This document shows positions 38,280 through 47,726 of a DNA stretch of 62,543 nucleotides, piece by piece; positions within the stretch are counted from its first letter, which is position 1; each line of letters opens with the position of its first letter. Source of the DNA: Myxococcota bacterium (GTDB lineage Bacteria > Myxococcota_A > UBA796 > CAJQPC01); NCBI GenBank assembly GCA_036012755.1, contig DASCPX010000228.1, positions 1 through 62,543 on the forward strand, written 5' to 3'. The position numbers were made by a program, and so were the translations under genes. The notes under the pieces were generated by a model that was not told the DNA's origin, made no database searches, and saw only the letters and a list, made by a program, of their open reading frames with translations.

Positions 38280-38797
38280 GCCAGCCGCTCGAAGCTCCCC
38301 TTGGAGGCACCGTCCACTCCACACACCCGCACGAGCGCGGCCTCCACGTCGAGGCTCTGTCCGGAGGCGACCCGGTCGGCCAGCTGACCGTCCAGCGCGA
38401 CGTCCAGGACCCCCGCGCGCACGTGGATGCGGTAGCACCGCGGCGTGTCCGCGCGCACGATGGTCTGCCAGCCGCCGCCCTCCACATCTATGCGCCCATC
38501 CCCACCCCGCCGGACTCGGTCCCGCGCACGAACGCGGACGACGCGAACCTGGCGAGTCCGCCCTTCGCCGTCTTCGGCGATGCGGAGATGGCTGCGGTCG
38601 GTGGGCAGGGCGCTGTCCTCGCCGCCCCCATCGAGGAGCTGCATCTTCTGGTCGATCGCGTCGGCCACAGCGTCGTCGACCTCGTCCCGGACCTGGTCCC
38701 AGAAGCCGGGGTCCTCGATGTCCACGCCCGCGCCCGCGAGGGCCTCCTCCAAGCCGCGGAGGAGCAGGTCGATGTCGTCGGGAGGGCGCTCCGTCAT
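38276..38797 (-). CDS. Hypothetical protein (C-terminal cupin-like strands)
   Basis: TAAGCT 7 nt before ATG; acidic N-terminus, beta-rich C-terminus. Confidence 0.65.
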   Translation of the reverse strand: MTERPPDDIDLLLRGLEEALAGAGVDIEDPGFWDQVRDEVDDAVADAIDQKMQLLDGGGEDSALPTDRSHLRIAEDGEGRTRQVRVVRVRARDRVRRGGDGRIDVEGGGWQTIVRADTPRCYRIHVRAGVLDVALDGQLADRVASGQSLDVEAALVRVCGVDGASKGSFERLA

Positions 38798-38835
38798 GTC
38801 GGAGAGCTTAGTCAGTCCGGCATATGCTCGCCGCG

Positions 38836-40326
38836 ATGAAGGCCTTCTTCGAAACGCTGCACGCAGCCTTCCACCAACCGGACACCACAATCTACCGGTG
38901 GACGCAGGGCTTCGTCTGGCTGCTGATCCTGCTGTCCATCGCGCTGTTTGCGTGGGATATCGCCGCGGGGGGGCTGCCCGAGACCAATCTGTTGGTCTGG
39001 GTCGACAACATCATCCTCACGATCTTCGCGATCGAGATCGCCCTCCGGGTCCTGACCCACCGGCCCCCCAGCCTGGAGGTCTTCGGGGACACGCGCGCGC
39101 TCCGCCTGAGGACCCACGTCTACGCGCGGTTCGTGTACCTCTTGAGTCCACTGAACCTCGTCGACCTGCTCACCGTCATCGCCGTGTTTCCGGCCCTGCG
39201 GGGCCTGCGCGCCTTGCGGCTCTTGCGGCTCCTGCGCGCCAAGGGTCTCGCCCGTGGACCGATCCGCTCCTTCCTCCGCGCCTTCGAGGACAACGCCACC
39301 CTCTACCTCACGGCGTTCTCGACCCTGGGAGTGTTCGTGCTGGTCGGTGGGACCAGCATGTGGCTCGTGGAGCGCCTCGAGAACGAGAACGTCCAGTCAC
39401 TGGCAGACGGCCTGTGGTGGGCGCTGGTGACGATCACTACGGTCGGGTTCGGAGACATCGCGCCCGTCACGGGTCTCGGACGTGCGATCGCCGGGGTCCT
39501 GATGGTCTCTGGCATGTTCATGCTCGCGCTCTTCGCGGGGATCGTCGGCCACAGCCTCCTCAACGCAGTCCTGAGCATCCGGGAGGACCAGTTCCGCATG
39601 TCCACCAACGTCAACCACATCGTCATCTGCGGCTACGACGAGGGCTCGAGGATGCTCCTCGACACGCTGCTGGAGGAGGTCGACACCGACAAGCACGATG
39701 TCGTCATCTTCGACAACGAGCCCCGACCGAACGACCTCCCCGGCGCCTTCACCTGGGTGCACGGCGACCCGACCAAGGAGTCGGAGCTCTACAAGGTCCG
39801 CATGACCCACGCTCGCGCCGTCATCGTCGTCGGCGCCCGTGACCGGGCCCCGCCAGAGGCCGACGCGACCACGATCCTCACACTGTTCACCATCCGTCGC
39901 TGGCTCAAGGCGAACCTCACCACCAAGCGCGTCCGACCGCTCAACATCGTCGCGGAGATCCTCGACGCGGAGAACGTCGAGCACGCCAGGACCGCCGGCG
40001 CGGACGAGGTCATCGAGACCACCCGAATGGGCTTCTCCCTCCTCGCCCACGCCGTGTCTCAGCCGGGCACGGCCCAGGTCCTCGGCGAGGTGGTCCGGAC
40101 GGGTGCGCACAGCCTCTACGTGGGGGGCGTGCCTCCCGAGTACGAGCTGCCTCAGCGATATGGAGAGCTCGTCAGTGGCCTGCGCCGGCAGCACGGCATC
40201 CTCGTGCTCGGCCTGCGGGACGGGGTCGGCCTCGATGTCCTGAACCCGGACGACGAGATGCGCGTCGAGCCTGGCTACCAGCTCATCTACCTCGGCGAAC
40301 GTGAAGCCCTCAGTCCTTCCACGTGA
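38836..40326 (+). CDS. Potassium channel (6TM) with TrkA-N/RCK domains
   Basis: S4 LRGLRALRLLRLLR, pore WWALVTITTVGFGD, HIVICGY, HGDPT, AGADEVI. Confidence 0.93.
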   Translation: MKAFFETLHAAFHQPDTTIYRWTQGFVWLLILLSIALFAWDIAAGGLPETNLLVWVDNIILTIFAIEIALRVLTHRPPSLEVFGDTRALRLRTHVYARFVYLLSPLNLVDLLTVIAVFPALRGLRALRLLRLLRAKGLARGPIRSFLRAFEDNATLYLTAFSTLGVFVLVGGTSMWLVERLENENVQSLADGLWWALVTITTVGFGDIAPVTGLGRAIAGVLMVSGMFMLALFAGIVGHSLLNAVLSIREDQFRMSTNVNHIVICGYDEGSRMLLDTLLEEVDTDKHDVVIFDNEPRPNDLPGAFTWVHGDPTKESELYKVRMTHARAVIVVGARDRAPPEADATTILTLFTIRRWLKANLTTKRVRPLNIVAEILDAENVEHARTAGADEVIETTRMGFSLLAHAVSQPGTAQVLGEVVRTGAHSLYVGGVPPEYELPQRYGELVSGLRRQHGILVLGLRDGVGLDVLNPDDEMRVEPGYQLIYLGEREALSPST

Positions 40327-40762
40327 GCTCGAACTCGTCGCTCTCGTGGCCGTCGAGGTCGACCATGACGGCGTAGTACTCGAAGTCCGTCGCCGTCGCG
40401 CAGGTGATGGAGCCACCGTAGTCGCCGGAGCGCCAGCTGCCCTCGCACCGGCCCGAGTCCTGGCAGAAGAGCATGGACTCGTCGAAGATCTCGATGCTAC
40501 CGCTGCGCGCGATGATCCTGCTGTCCTGGGAGGAGACGGTGTCCTCTCCCTGGACATCGCGTACGTCGACGCGGACGAAGAAGAGATCGCCCGAGCTGTT
40601 GCTGCCCTCGGAGCACCAGACCTCGCCGTCGAGGACCTCGGGCGGCTCCTCGCCCGGGTTGCCGCTCCAGGGATCGGAGCTGTCGAGGCTGGAGTCGAGG
40701 CCGTCGTTGCCCTTGTCGGGGTCGCAGCCGACGAGCAGCAGCAGCGCGATGAGGGGGCCCAT
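40310..40762 (-). CDS. Hypothetical lipoprotein
   Basis: RBS GGAGG; MGPLIALLLLVGC; beta-rich mature region. Confidence 0.7.
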   Translation of the reverse strand: MGPLIALLLLVGCDPDKGNDGLDSSLDSSDPWSGNPGEEPPEVLDGEVWCSEGSNSSGDLFFVRVDVRDVQGEDTVSSQDSRIIARSGSIEIFDESMLFCQDSGRCEGSWRSGDYGGSITCATATDFEYYAVMVDLDGHESDEFELTWKD

Positions 40763-40861
40763 GGGAAATCCTCCAGAGAACCACAGGTTAGCCCATGGCC
40801 GCGGGCCCTGGCCCGTCAAGCGGACCATGCGGTCATCCGCCGCGCGCCATAACCTGCGCTC

Positions 40862-42532
40862 ATGTCTCAAGACCTCGACGGACTGCTCGGCAACCACACC
40901 GACACCTCGCCGCCCTACCAGGTGCTCGACGCGCTGCTGAAGGCGGCGCCCGGAAGCTCGGGTGTCACCGTCTGGAGCACGATCGCGGAGGCCGCTGACG
41001 CGCTGGGTATCGACCCCTCGAACGCGGATCGCGCGAAGGAGATCACCCGCAGCGGCGAAGCGCAGAGCGCCCTGTGGATGCTCCAGGGGCTCGACGAGGG
41101 CGACGACGTCTTCTCCATCATCTCGGGGCTCTCCAGCGCGGTCCGGATCTACCTCGCCGACCACGCCGATCCGAGCGTCGATCTCACGCGCCAGAAGCAG
41201 GCGGAAGACGCCGTGAAGAAGGCCTTGGGCATCGCATGGGCCACCGACAGGCTCTTTGGCGGGACCCCCCAGCAGAAGGTCGACGCGCTGATGAGCCTGG
41301 AGGCCGGGCGCGCGCTGGTCGCGTTCTATGCCGTGACCGAGATCGCCCTGCCCTTCCTCACCGACACGAGCGAATCCGGCCCCGGGATCGTCGACCAGCT
41401 GCTCGAGAGCCACCGGGACGCCGAGCTCGAGAAGCTGGGCGGCACCGTGGGCGCCGACCGCACAGGCGGGGCGACCACGCTGGTTCCCCTGCTCACCCCC
41501 CACCTCAAGGACGCGGTCGAAGCCAACGAGAAGCGACTCGACAAGCTGGTCGAGCAGATGCAGAAGCGGCTCCCGGCGCTGCTCTCGGTCACAGGTCAGC
41601 TCGGCGAGGCCGCGGCCCACGGGGTCGACGCGCTGCCGATGTACCACCTGCTGTCCGCCCGCCTGCTGGCAGAGGCCGCGCTCCGGCAAGCCGCAGATCC
41701 CGAGAGCTACCCGCTGCCGCTCGACGAGGACAAGGAGCGCATCGTCGCGGAGGCGAGGGCGAGGGCAGAGGAGCAAGCGCGCGCCTCGCTGGAAGCAGAG
41801 AAGGCGCGCCTGGCAGAAGAGACAGAGAGGGAACGTGCCGAGGCGGAGCGGGAGCGCGAGACGGCGGAGAGACACGCAGAGCAGGAACGCGCGACGGCGG
41901 AGAGACACGCAGAGCAGGAGCGCGCGGAGGCCGAGCGCCAGCGCGCGGAGGCCGAGCGCCAGCTCGCGGCGGCGCTGGCGGCAGCCGCTGCCGCCGAAGC
42001 CGCGGCCGAGGCTGCGCGCGGCCAGGCGGAGGCGGCCCAGTCCGCGGCGGAGGCAGAGATGGCTCGCCAGCGCGCCGCGACCGCCGAAGCGGAGCGCGAG
42101 GACGCCCTGAAGGAGGCTCGCACGATCAGCGGGGAGCTACCCCCGCCTCCGGAGTCCGACCCGGAGCCGGTCAGGGCTCCCGAGCCGGTCAGGGCTCCCG
42201 AGCCGGTCAAGGCTCCCGAACCGGTCAAGGCTCCCGAACCGGTCAAGGCTCCCGAACCGGTCAAGGCTCCCGAGCCGGTCAAGGCTCCCGAGCCGGCCAT
42301 TCCCCCGCCTCCGCCGATGAAGCAGGAGCCGCCAGAGCCAACGAAGGCCCGGCCGGTCACGGAGACCCCCAAGAGCAACTCCAAGCTCAAGTGGGCCGTC
42401 GGCTGCTTCGTCGCTATCTGCCTGGTCGCCTGCTGCGGCACGATCGGCGCAGGGGCCCTCTCTGGTGTCATCTACTCGACGACAGGCATCGAGATCCCCC
42501 AGATCACGCCTCCGAAGAAGCGTCGCCGCTAG
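40862..42532 (+). CDS. Hypothetical protein: helical domain, coiled coil, Pro-rich repeat linker, C-terminal Cys-rich TM
   Basis: TAACCT 6 nt before ATG; E/R/A coiled coil; PEPVKA repeats; TM segment GCFVAICLVACCG. Confidence 0.8.
   Translation: MSQDLDGLLGNHTDTSPPYQVLDALLKAAPGSSGVTVWSTIAEAADALGIDPSNADRAKEITRSGEAQSALWMLQGLDEGDDVFSIISGLSSAVRIYLADHADPSVDLTRQKQAEDAVKKALGIAWATDRLFGGTPQQKVDALMSLEAGRALVAFYAVTEIALPFLTDTSESGPGIVDQLLESHRDAELEKLGGTVGADRTGGATTLVPLLTPHLKDAVEANEKRLDKLVEQMQKRLPALLSVTGQLGEAAAHGVDALPMYHLLSARLLAEAALRQAADPESYPLPLDEDKERIVAEARARAEEQARASLEAEKARLAEETERERAEAERERETAERHAEQERATAERHAEQERAEAERQRAEAERQLAAALAAAAAAEAAAEAARGQAEAAQSAAEAEMARQRAATAEAEREDALKEARTISGELPPPPESDPEPVRAPEPVRAPEPVKAPEPVKAPEPVKAPEPVKAPEPVKAPEPAIPPPPPMKQEPPEPTKARPVTETPKSNSKLKWAVGCFVAICLVACCGTIGAGALSGVIYSTTGIEIPQITPPKKRRR
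42161..42295 (+). repeat. 18-bp tandem repeat x7 (PEPV[R/K]A)
   Basis: CCCGAR-CCGGTCARGGCT units. Confidence 0.95.
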
Positions 42533-42644
42533 GCCCGATCCCAGGGCGCGACCGGAGAGCAACACGCGGCCGCGTGGTCCACGAAGGCCCTCATGCCGCC
42601 CAGTACATCCATGCCTGTCCCTCGGGGTGGTAAGCCTGCTCTTC

Positions 42645-43304
42645 GTGTTGGTCGCGCTCGCCATGCTGCTCGCACCTGCGACGGCGCGCAAGCCCGCGCC
42701 GGATGATGCGGTCGCAGAGAGCTTCCTCTGGTACCTCCACAACATGGAGCGCACCGTCGCCGAGAGCCGGACGATCCGATGGGTCCTGCATCGGCGCGAC
42801 GGCGCGACCGAGGGGTGGGACGAGCTGCACAACCAGTGGCGCGAGGGGGCTCAGCACGCCCGCTGGAAGGCCCCCTATGCCGGTCGAGAGGCCCTCTGGC
42901 TCGGCGACAAGGTCCACGTGTTGCCGGAGCCGGGGCTCCCGCTGTTGGAGGTCGAAGAGGGCAGCGCCATCCTCGGCGGTCCCTTCCTCGAGCACGGCGA
43001 GCCGGGCCTGATCACCCGGCTCGCCCAGGACGCGGCGCGGGTGGTCGCAGACCCGGACTACCCGACTCATGTCGTCGACCTCGGCGGCAAGGAGGTTCGG
43101 GGCGAGGCCGCCCGGTGCTTCCGAGTCACCTGGCCAGAGGGCTACCCCGACCACCCGCGCTCGGAGCTCTGCGTCAACCTGCGAACCAACCTGGTCGCCC
43201 GCCACGCGAGCTCCTCGTGGGAGCTCGAGTTCTCGGACATTCGCGTCGACGCGACCCTCGACGACGCTCTCTTCGAGCTGAGCTCGCTCACGAGCGAGCA
43301 ATAG
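42645..43304 (+). CDS. Exported protein, LolA-fold/DUF1571-like
   Basis: Signal peptide; GREALW, V.G....F, LEFSDIRVDATLDDALF C-terminus. Confidence 0.55.
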   Translation: MLVALAMLLAPATARKPAPDDAVAESFLWYLHNMERTVAESRTIRWVLHRRDGATEGWDELHNQWREGAQHARWKAPYAGREALWLGDKVHVLPEPGLPLLEVEEGSAILGGPFLEHGEPGLITRLAQDAARVVADPDYPTHVVDLGGKEVRGEAARCFRVTWPEGYPDHPRSELCVNLRTNLVARHASSSWELEFSDIRVDATLDDALFELSSLTSEQ

Positions 43305-43341
43305 TGTGTCTCGGGCCCCGTTGTGAGGCTCAGGAGGTTCC

Positions 43342-45045
43342 ATGATCCTGCTCCTGGGGTGCACGAGCACCACCGCCGTCACGACAGCACACGACGAAAC
43401 CGCGAACCCCGACGACACCGGCGTGCTCGGAGAGCCGGCGGACGCGCTGTCGCCGCTCGGCACGCTCCCTGGACTGAAGCACATCCAGGACCTCGGGCTC
43501 CTGGACGGGGACCGCGTGGTGATGGCCACCTACAGCGGCATCGCTGTCGCCCTCGCCGAGGACCCGGCGAACCCGACCCTCGCCGAGGCCGGCGGTCCGC
43601 CACTGTACTGGGTCGAGGAGGGCAGCGACGCGCTGGCCTCGGGCCGGGAAGCTGGTCTCTACCGCGTCGAGATCAGCGACGAGGGCTTCGAGATCGAAGC
43701 CCGCCTGGACGTCGAGGACGACCTGAATCCCGAGGAGGCCTCGCCCCTCGGAGACGGCGTCCTGTTGGCGGCCCAAGCCTCCGGACTGCTCAGCCTGGAC
43801 TCGAACCTGGTGGAGCTCGACCGCCTCGAAGAATCGGACAACGCCATCGCGGTCGCAGTCGACGGGGACGTGGCCTGGCTGGGTGACAGGGGCCAGGGCC
43901 TGATGGCCGTGGACGTGAGCGACCCGAGCGCGCTGGAGTTGCTGAGCGTGACGCCCCTGTCGGGTTCGATCCAGGACGTGGACATCGACGGAGGCGTCGT
44001 CGTTGTCGGGTCCTCTGGAGAGATCCACGTGCTCGACGGCAGCGATCCCACGGCCCCGGTCCTCCTCTCGTCCATAGACGGCCAGGGCGTCGCCACACGG
44101 GTGGACCTGGAGGGCAGCCGCCTTGCGGTGGCGAACTGGCTGGACCTCAGGCTCTACTCCATGGAGGATCCCGAGCTTCCAGTGCTCATCGCCATCGAGG
44201 ACGCCGCCGAGGCCATCGGCGCAGTGGAGCTCGACGGCGACACGCTGTGGGCGGGCGACTGGAACACCCTGCGGAGCTTCGCGATCGACGTGGAGGCGCG
44301 GAGCCCGGAGATCACGCTGCCGTCGAGCCTGCTGCTCTTCGGCGACGCCCCCGACTCGGAGCTGGTCCAGGTCGGGAACGAGGGCAACATGCGGCTCGTC
44401 GTCGACGACATCGTGTGCGGCGAGGGTCTGCAGGCGAGTCCCACGACTTTCCAGCTGGCGCCTGGCGGCTCGCAGCTCGTGGAGATCCTCGCAGAGATGG
44501 ACGGCAGCGAATGGGAGGGGAGCTGCATCGTCACGAGCAACGACGCGGACGAGGCCAGCGCGAGCATCGCCGTGAGCGTGAACCCAGCCGGACTCGCGCT
44601 GGGTGACCAGGCCCCGGACTGGGAGTTCCCCGATCTCGAAGGCAACGTCCACCGGCTGTCGGACACCGACGGCCAGGTACGCCTCATCACGCTGTTCTCA
44701 TCCTTGTGACCTTCCTGCGCCTCGGAGTTGCCGAGCCTCGAAACGGACGTCTGGCAGGTCTGGCAGGACAAGGGCCTCGTGGCCTACGCGATCAGCAGCA
44801 GCACCATCGGGCCGGAGAACCCGCAGGATCTCGCTGAGTACGTCGAGGGCATGAAGCTGACGATGACCGTGCTCGCCGACTACGACGTCACCGTCTACTA
44901 CGACTACCGGATCAACGACCCCGACGCCTACGCCCCCTACCCACGCGAGTACGTCGTCGACCGGGACGGGACCATCGTCTACATGGACTCCAACATCGAC
45001 GTGGTCGCCCTGAACGCGCTCCTCGAGGAGCTGCTGGGCGACTGA
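43342..45045 (+). CDS. Probable selenoprotein lipoprotein: LVIVD repeats, Ig-like domain, redoxin domain with UxxC (TGA 44707-44709 = Sec)
   Basis: RBS AGGAGG, MILLLGC; GDQAPDWEFPDLEG..RLSD..GQVRLITLFSSL-TGA-PSCASELPSL continues in frame into ORF 44728..45045 (PYPREYVVDRDGTIVY), completing a TlpA/AhpC-TSA fold. Confidence 0.85.
44719..44737 (+). promoter_or_regulatory. Candidate bacterial SECIS hairpin
   Basis: CTCGG-AGTTG-CCGAG stem-loop; the loop starts 16 nt after the UGA and has G at its second position. Confidence 0.55.
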
Positions 45046-45090
45046 CGTCTCACCCATGACACATTCATGACGACCGAGGGGTACACCTGG

Positions 45091-45107
45091 GTAGACAGGC
45101 TGTCTAC
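45091..45107. promoter_or_regulatory. Perfect palindrome, candidate repressor operator
   Basis: GTAGACAG-G-CTGTCTAC overlapping a TACAGT hexamer upstream of the redoxin gene. Confidence 0.55.
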
Positions 45108-45134
45108 AGTGCCCGCGGCACCCTCGGACGACCC

Positions 45135-45938
45135 ATGCTGCGCCTCTGTCTGTCCCTGGTCGGTATTCTCGTGCTCGCAGGCTGCACCGCTGTCGACGAT
45201 GGCCAGATCGGACCGACCGACCGACCGCGTCCCGACCGCGGCGGGCAGGACGAGGGTGACGACGGCGACGACACCGGCGACGGGAACGAAGGCGGCAATG
45301 ACGACGCCGATGACGACGGCGACGGGCTCACCAACGGGGAGGAGCATGACCTCGGCACCGACCCGAACGACGCCGACACCGACGGCGACGGTTGGGACGA
45401 CGGTGACGAGCTCGACGAGAACACCGATCCTACGGACGGCAACGACAAGCCCTACGCCGGCGGCTACCCAATCGACGCCTGCCGCTGGGACGTCGAGTCC
45501 ACGGGCATGAACGTCGGCGACATCGCGGAGAACTTCAAGCTCGAGGACCAGCACGGTGAGCAGGTCCGCCTGCACGACTTCTGCGACCACGCGATCGTGG
45601 TGGTCGGCAGCGCTGGCTGGTGTGGCCCGTGCGTGTCGGAGGCGAAGGTGCTCGCGCGGCTCCAGGACAAGTACGAGGACCAGGGCCTGATCATCATCAC
45701 CCTGTTGGCCGAGAACTCCTACGGCGGCACGCCGAGCCAGGCCGACCTCGAGGACTGGGAGGCCGAAGCCGGGTACTCCGGCGCTCCGGTGCTGGCTGAT
45801 CCTGGCTGGGGAACGGAGAGCAAGTACGAGCAGGACGGCTACATCCCGACCGTCTCCCTGCTCGGTCCAGGGGCCGAGATGCTCATCAAGGACGGCAACG
45901 TGAGCGAGAGCCAGATCAAGCAGGTCCTGCCTTGGTGA
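45135..45938 (+). CDS. TlpA-like redoxin lipoprotein with Asp-rich Ca-binding repeats
   Basis: LAGC lipobox; DDDGDGLTNGEE..GTDP..DTDGDG; SAGWCGPC; YIPT. Confidence 0.9.
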   Translation: MLRLCLSLVGILVLAGCTAVDDGQIGPTDRPRPDRGGQDEGDDGDDTGDGNEGGNDDADDDGDGLTNGEEHDLGTDPNDADTDGDGWDDGDELDENTDPTDGNDKPYAGGYPIDACRWDVESTGMNVGDIAENFKLEDQHGEQVRLHDFCDHAIVVVGSAGWCGPCVSEAKVLARLQDKYEDQGLIIITLLAENSYGGTPSQADLEDWEAEAGYSGAPVLADPGWGTESKYEQDGYIPTVSLLGPGAEMLIKDGNVSESQIKQVLPW

Positions 45939-45947
45939 GCGGCTTGC

Positions 45948-46958
45948 TCAGCTCCGGCCCAGCGCCTGCGCGATGAACTCTGGCGAGCGGCTGCGGGCGA
46001 CGCGCTCGCGGACCACGAACACAAGCTCCCCGGTGGACTCGCCGTGGCGGTCCTGCAGCGTGCCGGGGGTGCACCTCAGCAGCTCGTAGGCGCGCAGGTC
46101 GAGGTGGTAGCCGACGACGAGCACCTCGCGTGGGCTCGTTCGGCAAGCGAGCACGATGGGGTGGGACAGGCATGCGCTCAGCGCCGCGTTCCAGGCGCCG
46201 AGGTCGAAGCGGGGGTTCGGCATGACACGCGTGACCACGCCGCGGGCGTTGGCGGCGACCTCGGCTCGGGCCAGCGCTGCCCGGAGCCGGCGATCGGGGA
46301 GGTCGTATGCGGCCAGCTGCTCGATCGGACGCCAGCGCCGGCTCTCCGGCTCCCACCACTCCAGCTGAGGAACCCTGAGCTTGTAGTCCATGGCCGGCTC
46401 ACCAGGGAGGACGTAGCCCGCGTAGTGGTACCTCAGCCCGAGCTCCTGGGCGTGGAGGACCTCCAGCAGCATCGTCGCGATGCCCAGGCTGTGCTTCGCG
46501 AAGCGGGGGTCGAAGATGCCAGCGACGGACTGGATGGCATGGCGCCCTCGATCGAAGAGCGAGAACGCCGCCAGCTCTCCCCCATGACGCAGCTCCAACA
46601 GCCGCGTGTCGAAGATACCGGGCTGCGAACCCAGGAGCTGGTCGAGGTCTTCTGGCCGGTCCCCGCCGACGTGCTCGCGGTAGCGCCGGTAGATCTCCTC
46701 GTGCTCTGCGCTGAAGATCACGTCGCCGATGCGCCTCTCGAAGAGAGCCCGGATGCGCTTCATGCGCTTGTTCTGGTTTCGCGTGAGCTGCAGGTCCTCC
46801 AGCCGCGACCGGGTCCAGATCGCCGGGACGAGCCGACCGGAGTGCGTCACGAACCGGCACGTGAACAGGGCCTGGCGCATGCGGTACCAGCCGCGAGCCA
46901 GGTAGTCGTCGAGCTCGTCGGAGCTGAGCTCGTCGGGTCGCGCGACCTCGGTGTACAC
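45948..46958 (-). CDS. Arginyl/leucyl-tRNA--protein transferase (Ate/Bpt-like)
   Basis: YLARGWYR, YRRY, FDP...KHSLG, YHYAGY.....MDYK. Confidence 0.8.
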   Translation of the reverse strand: MYTEVARPDELSSDELDDYLARGWYRMRQALFTCRFVTHSGRLVPAIWTRSRLEDLQLTRNQNKRMKRIRALFERRIGDVIFSAEHEEIYRRYREHVGGDRPEDLDQLLGSQPGIFDTRLLELRHGGELAAFSLFDRGRHAIQSVAGIFDPRFAKHSLGIATMLLEVLHAQELGLRYHYAGYVLPGEPAMDYKLRVPQLEWWEPESRRWRPIEQLAAYDLPDRRLRAALARAEVAANARGVVTRVMPNPRFDLGAWNAALSACLSHPIVLACRTSPREVLVVGYHLDLRAYELLRCTPGTLQDRHGESTGELVFVVRERVARSRSPEFIAQALGRS

Positions 46959-47035
46959 CCAGGACGACTATCCCGGGTGATCGTTCTGGCGAATCCTCTT
47001 GACTCGTCAAGATCACCAAACGTACCTTTCGAGCA

Positions 47036-47694
47036 TGTTGCTGGGACCAGCCACCTCGCCGATCGCGCTGTTCCACTCGACAGAGGTGGAGCTGGAGTCA
47101 CGCCTCGCCGACCACCGGCGCCTGGGCCACGTCACGGTGGTCGCCCACTGCGAACCCCTGGGACCGCGCCGTCGCCAGGGTCTGCCTCGCTTGCGGGCAG
47201 ACGCCGTGCTGCGCCTCCCGGCCCAGGCCGCTGAGTCGGCGAGGGCGCGACTCGACCGGCTCGAGCTGGCTCTGTCGGAGCTCTGCTGGTCGGAGGTCGG
47301 CCTGGAGACCCGGCTGGCCCTCATCGAGGCCGGGGCCGGGTTGGCCGCATACGGGCTCGGAGAGGACGCCTGCGACGCCCTCGAGATCGCCCTGAACGAG
47401 GTCGACGTCCTGGTCAGCCGGCTCCTGGTCTTCGTGCGAGCCCCGAGGCCTCAGAGCAGCGCATACGAGGGGCGGTGGCGGCGGCTGGTCGCCAGCCTCC
47501 CGCGCACTGCCCGCGTCGCGACGGCCTGGCTGGTCGATCCCGGAGCGCTCGAGACCGAGGTCGTCGTCGTGGCCGCCGGCTTCCTCTGGTCCCAGCCCCA
47601 CGACCCGACGCGCATGGTGGCCTGCGGCGGCGGCGCCCCCTTTCCGGCGCGTCGCGTCCCGGCCCCTCGAAACGGACTCCGTCTGTTGACTTGA
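47036..47694 (+). CDS. Hypothetical protein (start uncertain; 46999 possible)
   Basis: Open frame filling the gap between the Ate-like gene and dinB. Confidence 0.5.
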
Positions 47695-47709
47695 CGAGGC
47701 AGCGCCGAC

Positions 47710-47725
47710 CTGTACATATGTACAG
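47710..47725. promoter_or_regulatory. LexA/SOS-box-like perfect palindrome upstream of dinB
   Basis: CTGTACATATGTACAG (CTGT-N8-ACAG), 1 nt before the ATG; TTGACG at 47691-47696. Confidence 0.8.
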
Positions 47726-47726
47726 T

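Noticed and set aside
42161..42295. CRISPR array
   Set aside because: Head-to-tail 18-bp in-frame coding repeats with no spacers, and no cas genes in the window.
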